From positions 78,911,678 through 78,975,677 of the forward strand of contig NC_057719.1 in assembly GCF_004010195.1 (NCBI RefSeq): a stretch of DNA of 64,000 bases, given 5' to 3'. The notes beneath the pieces are model-generated. The model saw only the letters and a program-made list of their open reading frames with translations. It did no database searches and had not been told where the DNA came from. The position numbers and the translations under genes were made by a program. Positions 50,661 to 62,160 of the stretch are shown one piece after another (the stretch's first letter is position 1; each line of letters opens with the position of its first letter). The DNA is from Chiloscyllium plagiosum. Its lineage: Eukaryota.

Positions 50661-51439
50661 AGACTTTTATTCATGATAAGAGACATTTTTTTACTTTAAG
50701 AGTTATTCATCTTTGAGATTTTGCACTTCAGAGAGCTGTGGATGTACAACTGTTGAGTATATATGGCAGAAATTGATAAATTTAGAATCATGAAGGAAAT
50801 TTAAGGGATATGTTGAAAATGCAGCATTCATCTCATCGAAAGATGGTGTAGTTCAAAGACCCAAATGACCAACGTTTGCTTGTATTTCTTATGTTCTTTC
50901 TGGGTTTGTTAGCAGAGATTTTCTGTCTATTGGCATTTGATCCAGTTTGATCCAGGAGATCTATGGCATCTGTGGACAGGGCAACAACAGAGCAGCTTAT
51001 CAGCTAATCAACTTGGAACAACTGCTCTGAGTCACACAGTTTAAACCAGGAAGTAAGAAGCAGAAAATATAAATTAGATTTAAAACAGAGTGCAAAATAA
51101 AGATTAGGAAATACAGATGAGACCAATGGAGAATTAAAAGACAGAAAAATCTTTATGAAACCTTATTTTTCATTATTTTAAACATGTATTGTAAACCAAC
51201 TTTTGAAAGAATGAGATTCTACAACTATAAACTTATTATTTCAGGGCCAGAGAGGGCATTTAATGATTTTAATTTATTTTGTCATTAATAACTTGCTTTC
51301 TCCTAAATGTACCATTCTTAACTTTCTCAATCATTACCAAATCAACATTAATAGGTTGGTTGAACAATTTAATACCATTACGGTCATTTTTACTAAGTTT
51401 AGGAGTGAGAGTTTAAACACAGCACACAGTAGATTTCAA

Positions 51440-51770
51440 CATTGATTTTATCTCCTCTTTCCTCACTTCATCCCCGATCAACCCTTCAACTCGGCACCGC
51501 CCTCTTGAACTGTCCTACCTGCCCAACGTCTTCCCACCTATCCACTCCACTCTGAACTAATGCCATCAACCCCACCTGCATCTATGTATCACCTTCCCAG
51601 ATACCTTGCCCCAGCCTCACCCCCACCCTCCCCTCCTATATATCTCACTCAGCTCCCTTCACCTCCCCCTGACATTCATGATGAAGGGTTTATGCCCAAA
51701 ATGTCGATTCCCCTGTTCCTCAGACGTTGCCTGACCTGCTTTGCTTTTCCAGTGCCACACTTTTCGACCC
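51440..51770 (+). mobile_element. Penelope 3'/pseudo-LTR fragment with a degenerate hammerhead
   Basis: ATGATGAAGGGTTTATGCCCAAAATGTCGATTCCCCTG; upstream pyrimidine-rich sequence resembles 54472-54660. Confidence 0.7.
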
Positions 51771-52524
51771 AGTGGAGTAGGCAGAATATCTCTACTGATT
51801 TTCACATTGACCTGCACATTAGCGGATGCAAGAAGACACCATCAAATATATCCTGATAGAACCGAGTGACAGATTTGCCAGTATCATGACAGCAGAATCC
51901 ATGCTGTAAATTAGATAGGAACCAAGACATTTTCACTCAACATTAAATTAATAATCCCATGCAGCAGGAATCCCATCCATTGGAATTTGCTTTCACTAAT
52001 TCAGAGGTGGTGGTACATTTAGTTTGTTAATGCAGTAGGCTGAACTGGTTCATGCTGGGATCACATTGATAATGAAATGATTTGAATGCTACTCATCCAA
52101 TACTGTGTAATTATGTTGGTTGTTTCCTTCACCACATTCAGGTTATTTAACACTACCACAGAAAGAGTTTAACATGACAGGATGAATATGCTCATGGCAC
52201 TTCCTGACCTTTGGGGTCAGGGATCATTTCTGGTTAAGTTAGTAATCCTCATGTCCATAACTGGTTGTTTCGAAATTTGCTCCAGACACTTGAACCAACC
52301 ACGTATGGACATGTAAATCTTGGGCCAACATTACCTTACAGTATAGAGGGAGTGCTGCTCTGCTGCAGATGCTGCCTGTTAGATAAGACCATGAACTGAA
52401 TCCCTGTCTCTCCCCTCAGATGTTTGAGAAAGATCTCATGGTACCATGTGCAAAGCAGAATAGGGGGAGTTTTACCAGAGCTACCAGACAATATTTATCC
52501 CTCATGCAGCATCATGAAGGCAGA

Positions 52525-54890
52525 TAGAGTCATATAGATGTACAGCACAGAAACAGAACCTTCAGTCCAACTTGTCCATGCCGACCAGATATCCCAAACC
52601 AATCTAGTCCCACCTGCCATCAACCAGCCCATGTCCCTCCAAACCCTTCCTATTTACATGCCCATTCAGATACCTTTTAAATGTTGTAGTTCTACCAGCC
52701 TCCACCACTTCCTCTGGCAGCCCATTCCATACACGCACCACCCTCAGCATGAAAAAGTTGCCCCTTAAGTCACTTTTATATCCTTCCCCTCTCACCCTAA
52801 ACCTATGCCCTCTAGTTCTGGACTCCCCCACCTCTTGGAAAAGATTTTGTCTATTTATCCTATCCATGCCCCTCATGATTTTGTAAACCTCTATAAGGTA
52901 ACCCCTCAGCCTCCGACGCTCCTGGGAAAACAGCCCCAGCCTGTTCAGCACCTCCCTATAGCTCAAATCCTCCAACAAAGGCAACATCCTTGTAAATCTT
53001 TTCTGAACCCTTTCAAGTTGCACAACATCTTTCCGATAGGAAGGAGACCAGAATTGCACGCAATATTCCAACAGTGGCCTAACCAATGTCCTGTACAGCC
53101 ACAACATGACCTCCCAACTCCCGTACTCGATACTCTAACCAATAAANNNNNNNNNNNNNNNNNNNNNNNNNNNNNNNNNNNNNNNNNNNNNNNNNNNNNN
53201 NNNNNNNNNNNNNNNNNNNNNNNNNNNNNNNNNNNNNNNNNNNNNNNNNNNNNNNNNNNNNNNNNNNNNNNNNNNNNNNNNNNNNNNNNNNNNNNNNNNN
53301 NNNNNNNNNNNNNNNNNNNNNNNNNNNNNNNNNNNNNNNNNNNNNNNNNNNNNNNNNNNNNNNNNNNNNNNNNNNNNNNNNNNNNNNNNNNNNNNNNNNN
53401 NNNNNNNNNNNNNNCTGTCTTCTACCTTTGAGCCAGTTCTGTATCCAAATGGCTAGTTCTCCCTGTATTCCATGAGATCTAACCTTGCTAATCAATCTCC
53501 TATGCGTAACCTTGTCGAATGCCTTACTAACGTCCATATAGATCACATCTACCGCTCTGCCCTCATCAATCCTCTTTTTTACATCTTCAAAAAACTCAAT
53601 CAAGTTTGTGAGACATGATTTCCCACGCACAAAGCTATGCTGACTATCCATAATCAGTCCTTGCCTTTCCAAGTACATGTACATCCTGTCCCTCAGGATT
53701 CCCTCCAACAACTTGCCCACCACCAACGTCACACTCACTGGTCTATAGTTCCCTGGCTTGTCCTTACCACCCTTCTTAAACAGTGGCACCACGTTTGCCA
53801 ATCTCCAGTCTTCCAGCACCTCACCTGTAACTATCGATGATACAAATATCACAGCAAGAGGTCCAGCAATCACTTCTCTAGCTTCCCACAGAGTTCTAGG
53901 GTAACCTGATCAGGTCCTGGGGATTTATCTACTTCTATGCATTTCAAGACATCCAGCATTTCCTCCTCTGTAATATGGACTATTTTCAAGATGTCACCAT
54001 CTATTTCCTTAAATTCTACATCTTCCATGTCCTTTTCCACAGTAACCATTGATACAAAATACTCGTTTAGTATCTCCCCCACCTTCTGCGGCCCCACACA
54101 ATGGAATATTGTAGGTTTGCTGATGTTTGAGGGGCCCTATTCTCTCCCTTGTTACCCTTCTGTCCTTAAGGTGTTTGTAAAAACCCTTTGAATTCTCCTT
54201 AATTCTGTTTGCCAAAGCTATTTCATATCCCCTTTTTGCCCTCCTCATTTCCCTCTTAAGTATACTCCCATTGCCTTTATACCTGACATATGCTTCCTTC
54301 TTTTTCTTACCCAAATCCTCAATTTCTTTAATCATCCAGCATTCCCTATACCTACCAGCCTTTCCTTTCACCCTGACAGGAATATACTTTCTCAGGACTC
54401 TCGTTATTTCATTTCTGAAGGCTTCGCCTTTTTCCAGCTGCCCTTTTACCTGCCAATATCTGCCCCCAGTCTCAGTCAAATCCCTCGAACTCAGCACCGC
54501 CTTCCTAACCTGCAATCATCTTCCTGACCTCTCCGCCCCCACCTCACTCCGGCCTATCACCCTCACCTTGACCTCCCTCCACCTATCGCATTTCCAAAGC
54601 CCCTCCCCCCAAGTCCCTCCTCCCTACCTTTTATCTTAGCCTGCTTGACACACTTTCCTCATTCCTGAAGAAGGGCTTATGCCCGAAACATCGATTCTCC
54701 TGTTCCTTGGATGCTGCCTGACCTGCTGCGCTTTTCCGGCAACACATTTTCAGCAATATCTGCCCCCAGTCAGCTTTTGAAAGTTCTTGCCTAATACCGT
54801 CAAAATTAGCCTTCCTCCAATTTAGAACTTTGACTTTTAGATCTGGTCTATCCTTTTCCATCACTATTTAGAATTAATAGAATTATGCTT
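52525..54890 (-). mobile_element. CR1 LINE ORF2 fragment (RT plus 3'UTR), N gap at 53147-53414
   Basis: KSPGPD, DWRLANVVPLFKKG, NYRPVS, GKSCLTNLIEFF, KAFDKV, LVRPLLEYCVQFWSP, WNGLPEEVV; (CTATGACT)n-type tail. Confidence 0.92.
54472..54753 (+). mobile_element. Penelope pseudo-LTR insertion in CR1 with an 18-bp target site duplication
   Basis: CAATATCTGCCCCCAGTC at 54454-54471 and 54754-54771; hammerhead-like CTGAAGAAGGGCTTATGCCCGAAACATC at 54665-54692. Confidence 0.88.
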
Positions 54891-54956
54891 GTTGATGTGG
54901 TCATTTCTGTTCACTGCTTGTGCATCTTTGTTATCTATCAAATGGCCCATGCGCTT

Positions 54957-56015
54957 CATAGAACATAAAACATTACAGTGCAGTACAGGCCCTGTGGCCC
55001 TCGATGTTGCATCAACCTGTGAAACCAATCTGAAGCCCATCTAATCTAAATATTCCATTTTTGTCCATATGTCTATCCAATGACTATTCAAGTGCCCTTA
55101 AAGTTGGTGAGTCTACTACTGTTGCAAGCAATGTGTTCCATGCCCCTACTACTCTCTGAGAAAAGAAACCTCCTCTGATAGCTATCCTGTTTCTATCACC
55201 CCTCAATTTAAAACAATGCCCACTTGTGTTAACCATCAACATCCGAGGAAAAAGGCTTTTACTGTCTACCCTGTCTAATCCTCTGATTATCTTATATGTC
55301 TCAATTACGTCACCTCTCAACCTTCTTTCTAACGAAAACAGCCTCAAGTCCCTCAGCCTTTCCTTGTAAGACCTTCTCTCAGTACCAGTCAACATTCTAG
55401 TAAATCTCCTTTGAACCCTTCCCACAGCTTTCACATCCTTCCTGTAATGCGGTGACCAGAACTGTACGCAATACTCAAAGTGCAGCTGCACCAGAGTTTT
55501 GTACAGCTGCAGTATGACCTCATAGTTCCGAAACTCAACCCCTCTAGTAAGCTAACACATCATATACCTCTTAACAACCCTATCAACCTGGGTGGCAACA
55601 TTCAGGGATCTATGTACATGGACACCGAGATCTCTCTGCTCATCTACACTGCCAAAAGTCTTACCATTAGCCCAGTACCCTGCATTCTGTTACTCCTTCC
55701 ACCTCACACTTTTCTGAATTGAACTCCATTTGCCACCTGTCAGCCCAGCTCTGCAGCTTATCTATGTCCCTCTGTAATCTATAACATCCTTCTGCACTAC
55801 CCACAACTCTACCGACTTTGGTGTCATCCGCAAATTCATCCTTGTACACCTTCATCTAAAATGACAAACAGCAATGGACCCAAAACAGACCCTTGCGGTA
55901 CACCACTAGTAACTGAACTCCAAGATGAACATTTCCAATTTCTGATCCAAACCACTAAATCACCCTCAATCCCATGCCTCCGTATTTTGTGCAATAGGGG
56001 AACCTTATCAAACCT
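54957..56015 (-). mobile_element. CR1 LINE 3' fragment with internal deletions
   Basis: SGVPQGSVLGPLLFVI, FADDTKVG, EYCVQFWSPHYRKD; (CATAGAA)n tail at ~54957. Confidence 0.88.
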
Positions 56016-57249
56016 TATCAGTGTCAGATTGAGCAGAGCTTTGAGATGTTCTGGCATTGTGAGAAACCATATAAAGGCATATTTTACTTTTGAAGGGCCA
56101 TCATTAAAAAAAAAGTTGCACATCTCATGCTCTCACAAGCTGGTTATTTAATTCAGACATAAGTTTGAAGGGTAGCTATTAGTCAGTAATCTCCAGCTCA
56201 GATCATGGAAGTGGACTTTGATCATATAACATTCTGAATCAGAAGTAAGAATGCTACCCTCTGAATCCCAATTGGTACCTAGGTTTGTTGGTAGCATAAG
56301 AGTCCATCATGGGTTGAACCAAGTATGGGTAAGCTTGATGAGCTAATTGACCTTATTCTCCTTTTGTTTTTGATTTCTTGGCATCAGGTGGTTCTTTTAG
56401 GTTTCACTGCAAGCAAAACTCCTGCATATTGCAGTTTTCGGCCGACACGTGCCTTTTTGGTTTGTGGATTATAAATACAATAGTCCCCAGTTCTAAAGTA
56501 TTCAGCACTAAATAGAACCTCAGGGAAAATATGATGCAGGTCTAACATCAGGATCCTTTCATGAATTAACTTGCAATCTGCTGCGTAGCCAAAAAAAACA
56601 GAACATGCTCCTTGAAAAATGCAGCCCAGTTTATTTTTAGCAGCCGTTGGAATTGAATTTAAAGACAAAGTCCACTTTATTTCGATGTAAGCTCAATTTA
56701 AGATACAGCCGTTATAATTTCATGCACAATGAATCGTCAAGCAGAATCTATTTCAGTTGGGATAGGATAAATTTAAAGATAAAGTTTTCTTATGATTTGT
56801 GGAAATTGAATTCGCAGGTACGCTTGATTTTAGTTCTATATGAATTGAATTTAAGGACACAATCCTCTTTAGATTTGTGTTAAATCCAGGGAAAATTTCT
56901 TCATCAGGTGCAGTGCTTTAACAATGCATAAAAAACATAAGAATCAAATATTGCACAGCTTAAAGGTGCTATATTAAATGAGGTTTTGTTTTGACTATTC
57001 TGCTTATATTACAAAGATCATATTTTGCTGTATTTCCATCAATTTTAAATTGAGGAATAAAATGAGAAAAGGACTGTTTTATAAATCAAGGTTGCTGCAC
57101 ATTCTGAAAACAAGTTCCTTGATGCTTATTGTTCGTGTCATTTAAACAGTTTCCTGATTGAGTGTTTAACGTGTGGTTGCAGATAAGCTTTATGGAAAAT
57201 AAAGAACATGAAAGCACGGGAACAGTTAAAGCATGAAGACCACTTGCAA

Positions 57250-57854
57250 TCTGTGGTCTGTGGAAGGCAAGATGGGATAAGCATGGTGGAACGCTCTTAC
57301 ACCAATTAGCAGAGTAAGGTTAAGGCTGAAAGGTCACTATGGCAAGATGAAATAACACAAGTAATAAAGCAAGTTTCTCTGTTAAGTGTTATTATGACAG
57401 GATTGGGACAATAAATATTTGGGACATGACATTAAAATGTCTAATTAATAGTTAGTAGAGTCAGCTTGAGACAAGACACTATTGTAACAGATGGAATAGC
57501 TAAATAACATGACAGGTTAGTCTGCAATTAAAGATCATGATAGCTGAGTTAGCAATAAATATCTAACTGTGACATTAGAATAACATTAAGTAGAATGTAC
57601 AACTAAAGAGATAATGGGAACTAATATCACTGGTTGATTGTGTAGCTAGAGTGAGGTACTTTGATTAATATAGTTGGACATGCTGATAACAGTACATGAT
57701 AAAAAAAGATATAAAAATCCAGGGACCCTGAGGTTCGTGGGTATTTGAGAATCTGCTTTCTCAGTGTCATGGTTTTTTTGTTTGCAAATTAAAGACCTAC
57801 TTCTTGAAGAACTCTCTGCGTCTCCCTTTGATTCTCTATATTTTCTCCACAACA
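57250..57854 (+). mobile_element. ERV 5' LTR (5' boundary uncertain)
   Basis: TATA-like GATATAAAAA at ~57708, ATTAAA at ~57788, ends ...CACAACA immediately before the PBS. Confidence 0.55.
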
Positions 57855-57858
57855 AATT

Positions 57859-57876
57859 TGGTGCAGCGAGCAGGGT
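57859..57876 (+). promoter_or_regulatory. Primer binding site, probably tRNA-Ser(UGA)
   Basis: TGGTGCAGCGAGCAGGGT versus the recalled complement of the vertebrate tRNA-Ser(UGA) 3' end, TGGCGCAGCGAGCAGGGT (17/18; the difference is consistent with CpG decay). Confidence 0.75.
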
Positions 57877-58219
57877 CATGCAGAGACCCACCTGGACAGA
57901 GGGTGGCAGTAACAGGGTGCTTCCTGGTCCACCGGGGGCTCCCCCAAGACTGACAAAAAAAGGGTACCCAACAAAAAAAAAGTTAGCATTTTTGCTGTGA
58001 ATTCGGACTATATTCTTTTGGCTTGGAGTGGTCCTTGGGGACTCGGAGGTGCGGTGACCTGCCAGAGGGTCTCTCCAATCCGAGGTCCAAAGGCGAGGTG
58101 CAAATTGCTGCTGAAGGAGACGTGGAGAATTGGTCAAAAAAATTGTGCAGTGGGGTAAGGGGTGAGTAAGAATAGAATGTAGCAATTGTCTGTGTAAAAA
58201 GTCCACATGGTGTATATAA

Positions 58220-58545
58220 AACCCTATAGATAGATAGGGCAGAATAAAAGGGGAAATTGTTTTATAAGACCCTATAGATAGATAGGGTAGAAATATAAGA
58301 CCTATAGAAGGATAGGGCAGAATAAAAGGGGAAATTGTTTTATAAGACCCTATAGATAGATAGGGCAGAAATATAAGACCTATAGAAAGATAGGGCAGAA
58401 TAAAAGGGGAAATTGTTTTATAAGACCCTATAGATAGATAGGGCAGAAATATAAGACCTATAGAAGGATAGGGCAGAATAAAAGGGGAAATTGTTTTATA
58501 AGACCCTATAGATAGATAGGGCAGAATAAAGAAGGGGAAATTATT
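58220..58545 (+). repeat. 78-bp tandem repeat (31+47-bp subunits) in the ERV leader
   Basis: TAAGACCCTATAG recurs at 58421 and 58499; about four units; subunits contain CCCTATAGATAGATAGGG or ACCTATAGAAGGATAGGG. Confidence 0.9.
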
Positions 58546-59184
58546 TTACTAGAAGCGCTGATAGACCTGTTTTGAAAGCCGGCAGATTGGTAGTGGATGA
58601 TTAAAAGTAAAATAGCAGGCAATAGTCATAATGTTATAATGTTACTAGACTGTTAAATGTTTTAGATAAGGCCTGTAGGATAATAGGATTTTGGAAATGT
58701 ACAAAGGGTCTGTTTAAGTAAGGCTCTGGCTGAGAGAGATTGATTTACGGCATGTGTGTGTGTGAGAGAGTTTATGGTTTAACCATTGTGATCTGATTTG
58801 AATGCATAACTGTTTGTTGGTGGTTAAATGTTTGCGTTTTGTTTCCCTGGAGCTCGAGATCCAGGGGTATTTTGATTTTATTTTGCACTGTAAGGATTTA
58901 AGATAGTTCTTTTTTGAGAAAGAAATTTCTCAAGAAACTGTTAGCGATTGATGCATTTTGTAGGTGCAGTGTTAGATTGGTTTAGGTTGAATGAATGAGA
59001 ATAGGTCGTTTGTATTAACTAGCTGCAATTGAGGACATTTAGGAATTGATAGATTGGTAAGGGACAATTGCAAGTTATAAAGTTAGGAATTGCTTATACT
59101 ATTGAACAAAGCACTAACGGACTTGAATGGTATGAGGAAATGATTTATGAGAGCAAAGATTAGCTGGACTGAAATATATTATAG

Positions 59185-59435
59185 GATGGATAAAGGGACT
59201 GCTGTTGAGATACTGAGTAAGAAATTTCCAGTGGCAAGAAATGATATTGTAAACATTTCTGAGAAATGGAAAAAAAACTAAGGATTTATAAAAGGCCAAA
59301 AGAAGATGCCTTTGATATACATATGTGCAATGAGATGGAAGGACTAATTAAGAACTATAAGCCGAAAGATAAATCTAAAAATAGAAACCAAAAAAGGGAT
59401 CAGGAGATGGAAATCAAAGGGATCAGGAGATGGAA
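59185..59435 (+). pseudogene. ERV gag N-terminus (matrix region), disrupted
   Basis: MDKGTAVEILSKKFP...KRPKEDAFDIHMCNEMEGLIKNYKPKDKSKNRNQKRDQEMEI; continues on the opposite strand at 62158. Confidence 0.65.
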
Positions 59436-62160
59436 ATCAAATATCACTGTACAGTGCAGCTCAGACTTAGGTGATCTTGCTTTAGTCAACATCATCATCA
59501 CTTCTGCTTCCCACATCCCCCAAATGTCTTGAATATCACTTGCTATATCCTCTATCCAATAAACATTAATTTCTTTAACTTCTTGCATCACTAATTGTGT
59601 ATTGTCCTTTTCTATGACCAAGCCCTGCTGTGTGCACTCCAATCTTGCCTCCAACTGTAGTAAAGAATCTCTACCTAACAAGTTAATTGGCGTCTCTTTA
59701 GACACTAATATTGGCAGAACTATCTCCCTACCTTCCATTTCTAATCTTCCTGGAGCTGTAAATCGGGTTAACTGTGATTTCCCTGAGAACCCTACAGTTT
59801 TAACAAATTTATTTGACATGGGAAGGTGAGAGGCATACCGCGGCTGTACACAAGTGTATGTAACTCCAGTTTCTATCATCACCAGTGTCTGCCGCCCTTC
59901 TATATTAACTTGTATTACTGGTTCTTGATTAGCCTCCCATGCTCCAGGGTGGTGTCCCACCCAGGTTCTCAGGGCATCCCTAACACATCCCTTGTGGGTT
60001 AACAGGTCCTGCTGGGCCTGTAGGTCTCTGGGAAGCGGCCACTGGGGATTCCTGCCATCCAGGCCCGCTGTAGGGCAGAGAGGGCCCAGTCCAATAAGGG
60101 CAATTCCTCCTAAAGGTTGATGGTTGATGGCATCCCCATCACATTATTTCTGCCCCGCCTTGAGCCTGATTATTTATCATGTACCTTAGTCCCCCATTCC
60201 TACATCCCTGTCCTTGGGGACCCCAGTTCTGTTTAGGCTGTTGTTTAAATCTGCCCTGCCCCGGATATGTCACCTGCGGGAAAGCTTCTCTGAAAACCTC
60301 CATTGCTGGCATGGGACTTTCTGGCCCCTGTCTGGCTACCTGATAGGACCCTCCCCTTGCGTTGGCACTTGGTTCACGCCAGTGTTGATTACTGTGTCAG
60401 TTCTTACGGCAACAACTTTTTAGCCTTCTCTTTTTCTTTCTTTTTAACTCTTCCTTTGCACCTCCTCCTGCTGTTCAGACAGTTTCTCTTTGTCTTTTCA
60501 AAACATTTCAACTGCATGAGCTACGTGATCTCGAAATCCCTGGTGGCTCATTGATGAAGTCAGACCCACCACCTCCTCCAGCCTTGACCTGACTTGGGAG
60601 GGCATTGCCTCAATGATGGAATTTCGGAACATTGTGGTCAGCAACTGATCAGTCTTTATGTCTTGCTCTGTTTCCAGCCTCCACTTCTTTAACTATTCCT
60701 CCAAGTAGGCAGCCGGGTAAAAGCAAATTACAGCGGATGCTAGAATCTGAAACCAAAAGAGAAAATGCTGGAAAATCTCAGCAGGTCTGGCAGCATCTGT
60801 AAGGAGAGAAAAGAGCTGACATTTTGAATCTAACTGACCCTTTGTCAAAGCTAAAAAAAGGGGAGAAATAGGGAGGTATTTATACGAGGCTGAGAGAAGG
60901 TGAGTCATGGCTGCAGAAGTAAAGGTAGCAATAAAGAGGTGATAATGACAGTACATAGAGAGATTATAGGGAGATTAGGAGCTGGGAATGACCAAGGCTG
61001 AAGCCAGTGCTATGTGACAAAATATGTTGGGGATGGGGGGGAGGGGTGAAGCAGAGGCAAAATGGAAAACAGTGGAGAAGGGTAGCAAAGGGGGAAGAGG
61101 AGAGAAAAAGGTGATGAGAGAATGCGGAGTGAGAGAAAGAGAGACAATCAAGAAATAAGAGTTTTCATTTTCTCCCAGTGGATCCCCTCTCAGAGCCTGG
61201 GGGTCCATTTTGGGTGGATAACAGTCTCTTAACGCCTGACATACGTTCTGTCTCACTCGATCAAACCCAACCCCATCAATAATTGGATTGTCTGCCGCAT
61301 TTTTCAAACGGGCTCGGACCATTATTTCCTTTAACTTCGGGAGTCCTACCAACCTCACCAGCAGTGCCTTCACGTCTCCTATAGCCAGCAATCACCCTGT
61401 GGTTTCATCTTCAAAAGCCCTGATCCACTTTCCCGCTCCTTCATGTAAACTGGGCAGCGCATTCTTCAGCCCTTTCAGATCCTGAGTTCCCCAAGGAATG
61501 TATTGTGGGTTTCTCCCCTCTCTTATAAGGAGCGGTAGCATCCTTCCCTGTTGGCCCTTTTCCCTTTTATTAACATTACTTCTCAATAAATTCCCCTCGG
61601 GCTCTGAGTCCGATGCTATTTCTAATTCCTCCCATTCTTTAGGTACAGGGCCTTTTTCTTTCCTTGTCTCCCATCATCTCTTTCTGCTTGCTGTCCGTCA
61701 CTTTCACTGCTTTTCTCTTCAGCTCTCCTTTCGTATCGCAATGAGTATTGCTCAATTGCTTTTTGTTCCCTTAACCCACGCAGCACACTAATCTCATGTT
61801 TCAGCTCTTCTTGCTCTCATTGTACAGCTTTTATTTGCTCCTGCATATCCCTTTTCTCTCTTTCTCTTCTTTCCCTCAGTTCATTTTTGTCTTCTGCACT
61901 TCTATCCCATTCTAACTGTCCCTCTATTTCTACTGTTCCCTTTATTACTGGACACTGCTTCAATGCCTCTTCATTCGAGTAGGGAGGAGGTCTATTCAAC
62001 TCCTCCACATCTGTATATAGAGGGGGTGCTGATTCCAGCTTTTCTGTTTCCCGTAACTGCTCAGCTTGTTCTTTTGCAGCTTTCCTAGTCACTACAGGTG
62101 CCTGACAAGCTACCTTCAGTTCCTCACCCTCTTTCCTGAAAAGTTTCAGTATTTCCATCT
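59436..62160 (-). pseudogene. Inverted ERV segment: gag (late domains, capsid, zinc knuckle), readthrough TAG, protease, start of the post-protease domain
   Basis: MEILKLFRKEGEE...SAPPLY...PPPYS; LPSLHEGAGKWIRAFEDET; degenerate C.WGC...RRNCP knuckle; TAG-GGA-TGC-CC at 59982-59972; MIETGVTYT...PINLLGRDSLLQL; LHCTVIFD. Confidence 0.85.
60718..61158 (-). mobile_element. Penelope-derived insertion inside ERV gag
   Basis: AAATGCTGGAAAATCTCAGCAGGTCTGGCAGCATCTGT and GACCCTTTGTCAAAG pLTR-type motifs; interrupts gag between GENEN and PAAYLEE. Confidence 0.7.

Noticed and set aside
57646..58206. 186-aa minus-strand ORF
   Set aside because: Antisense across the ERV LTR, PBS and leader; no domain features.
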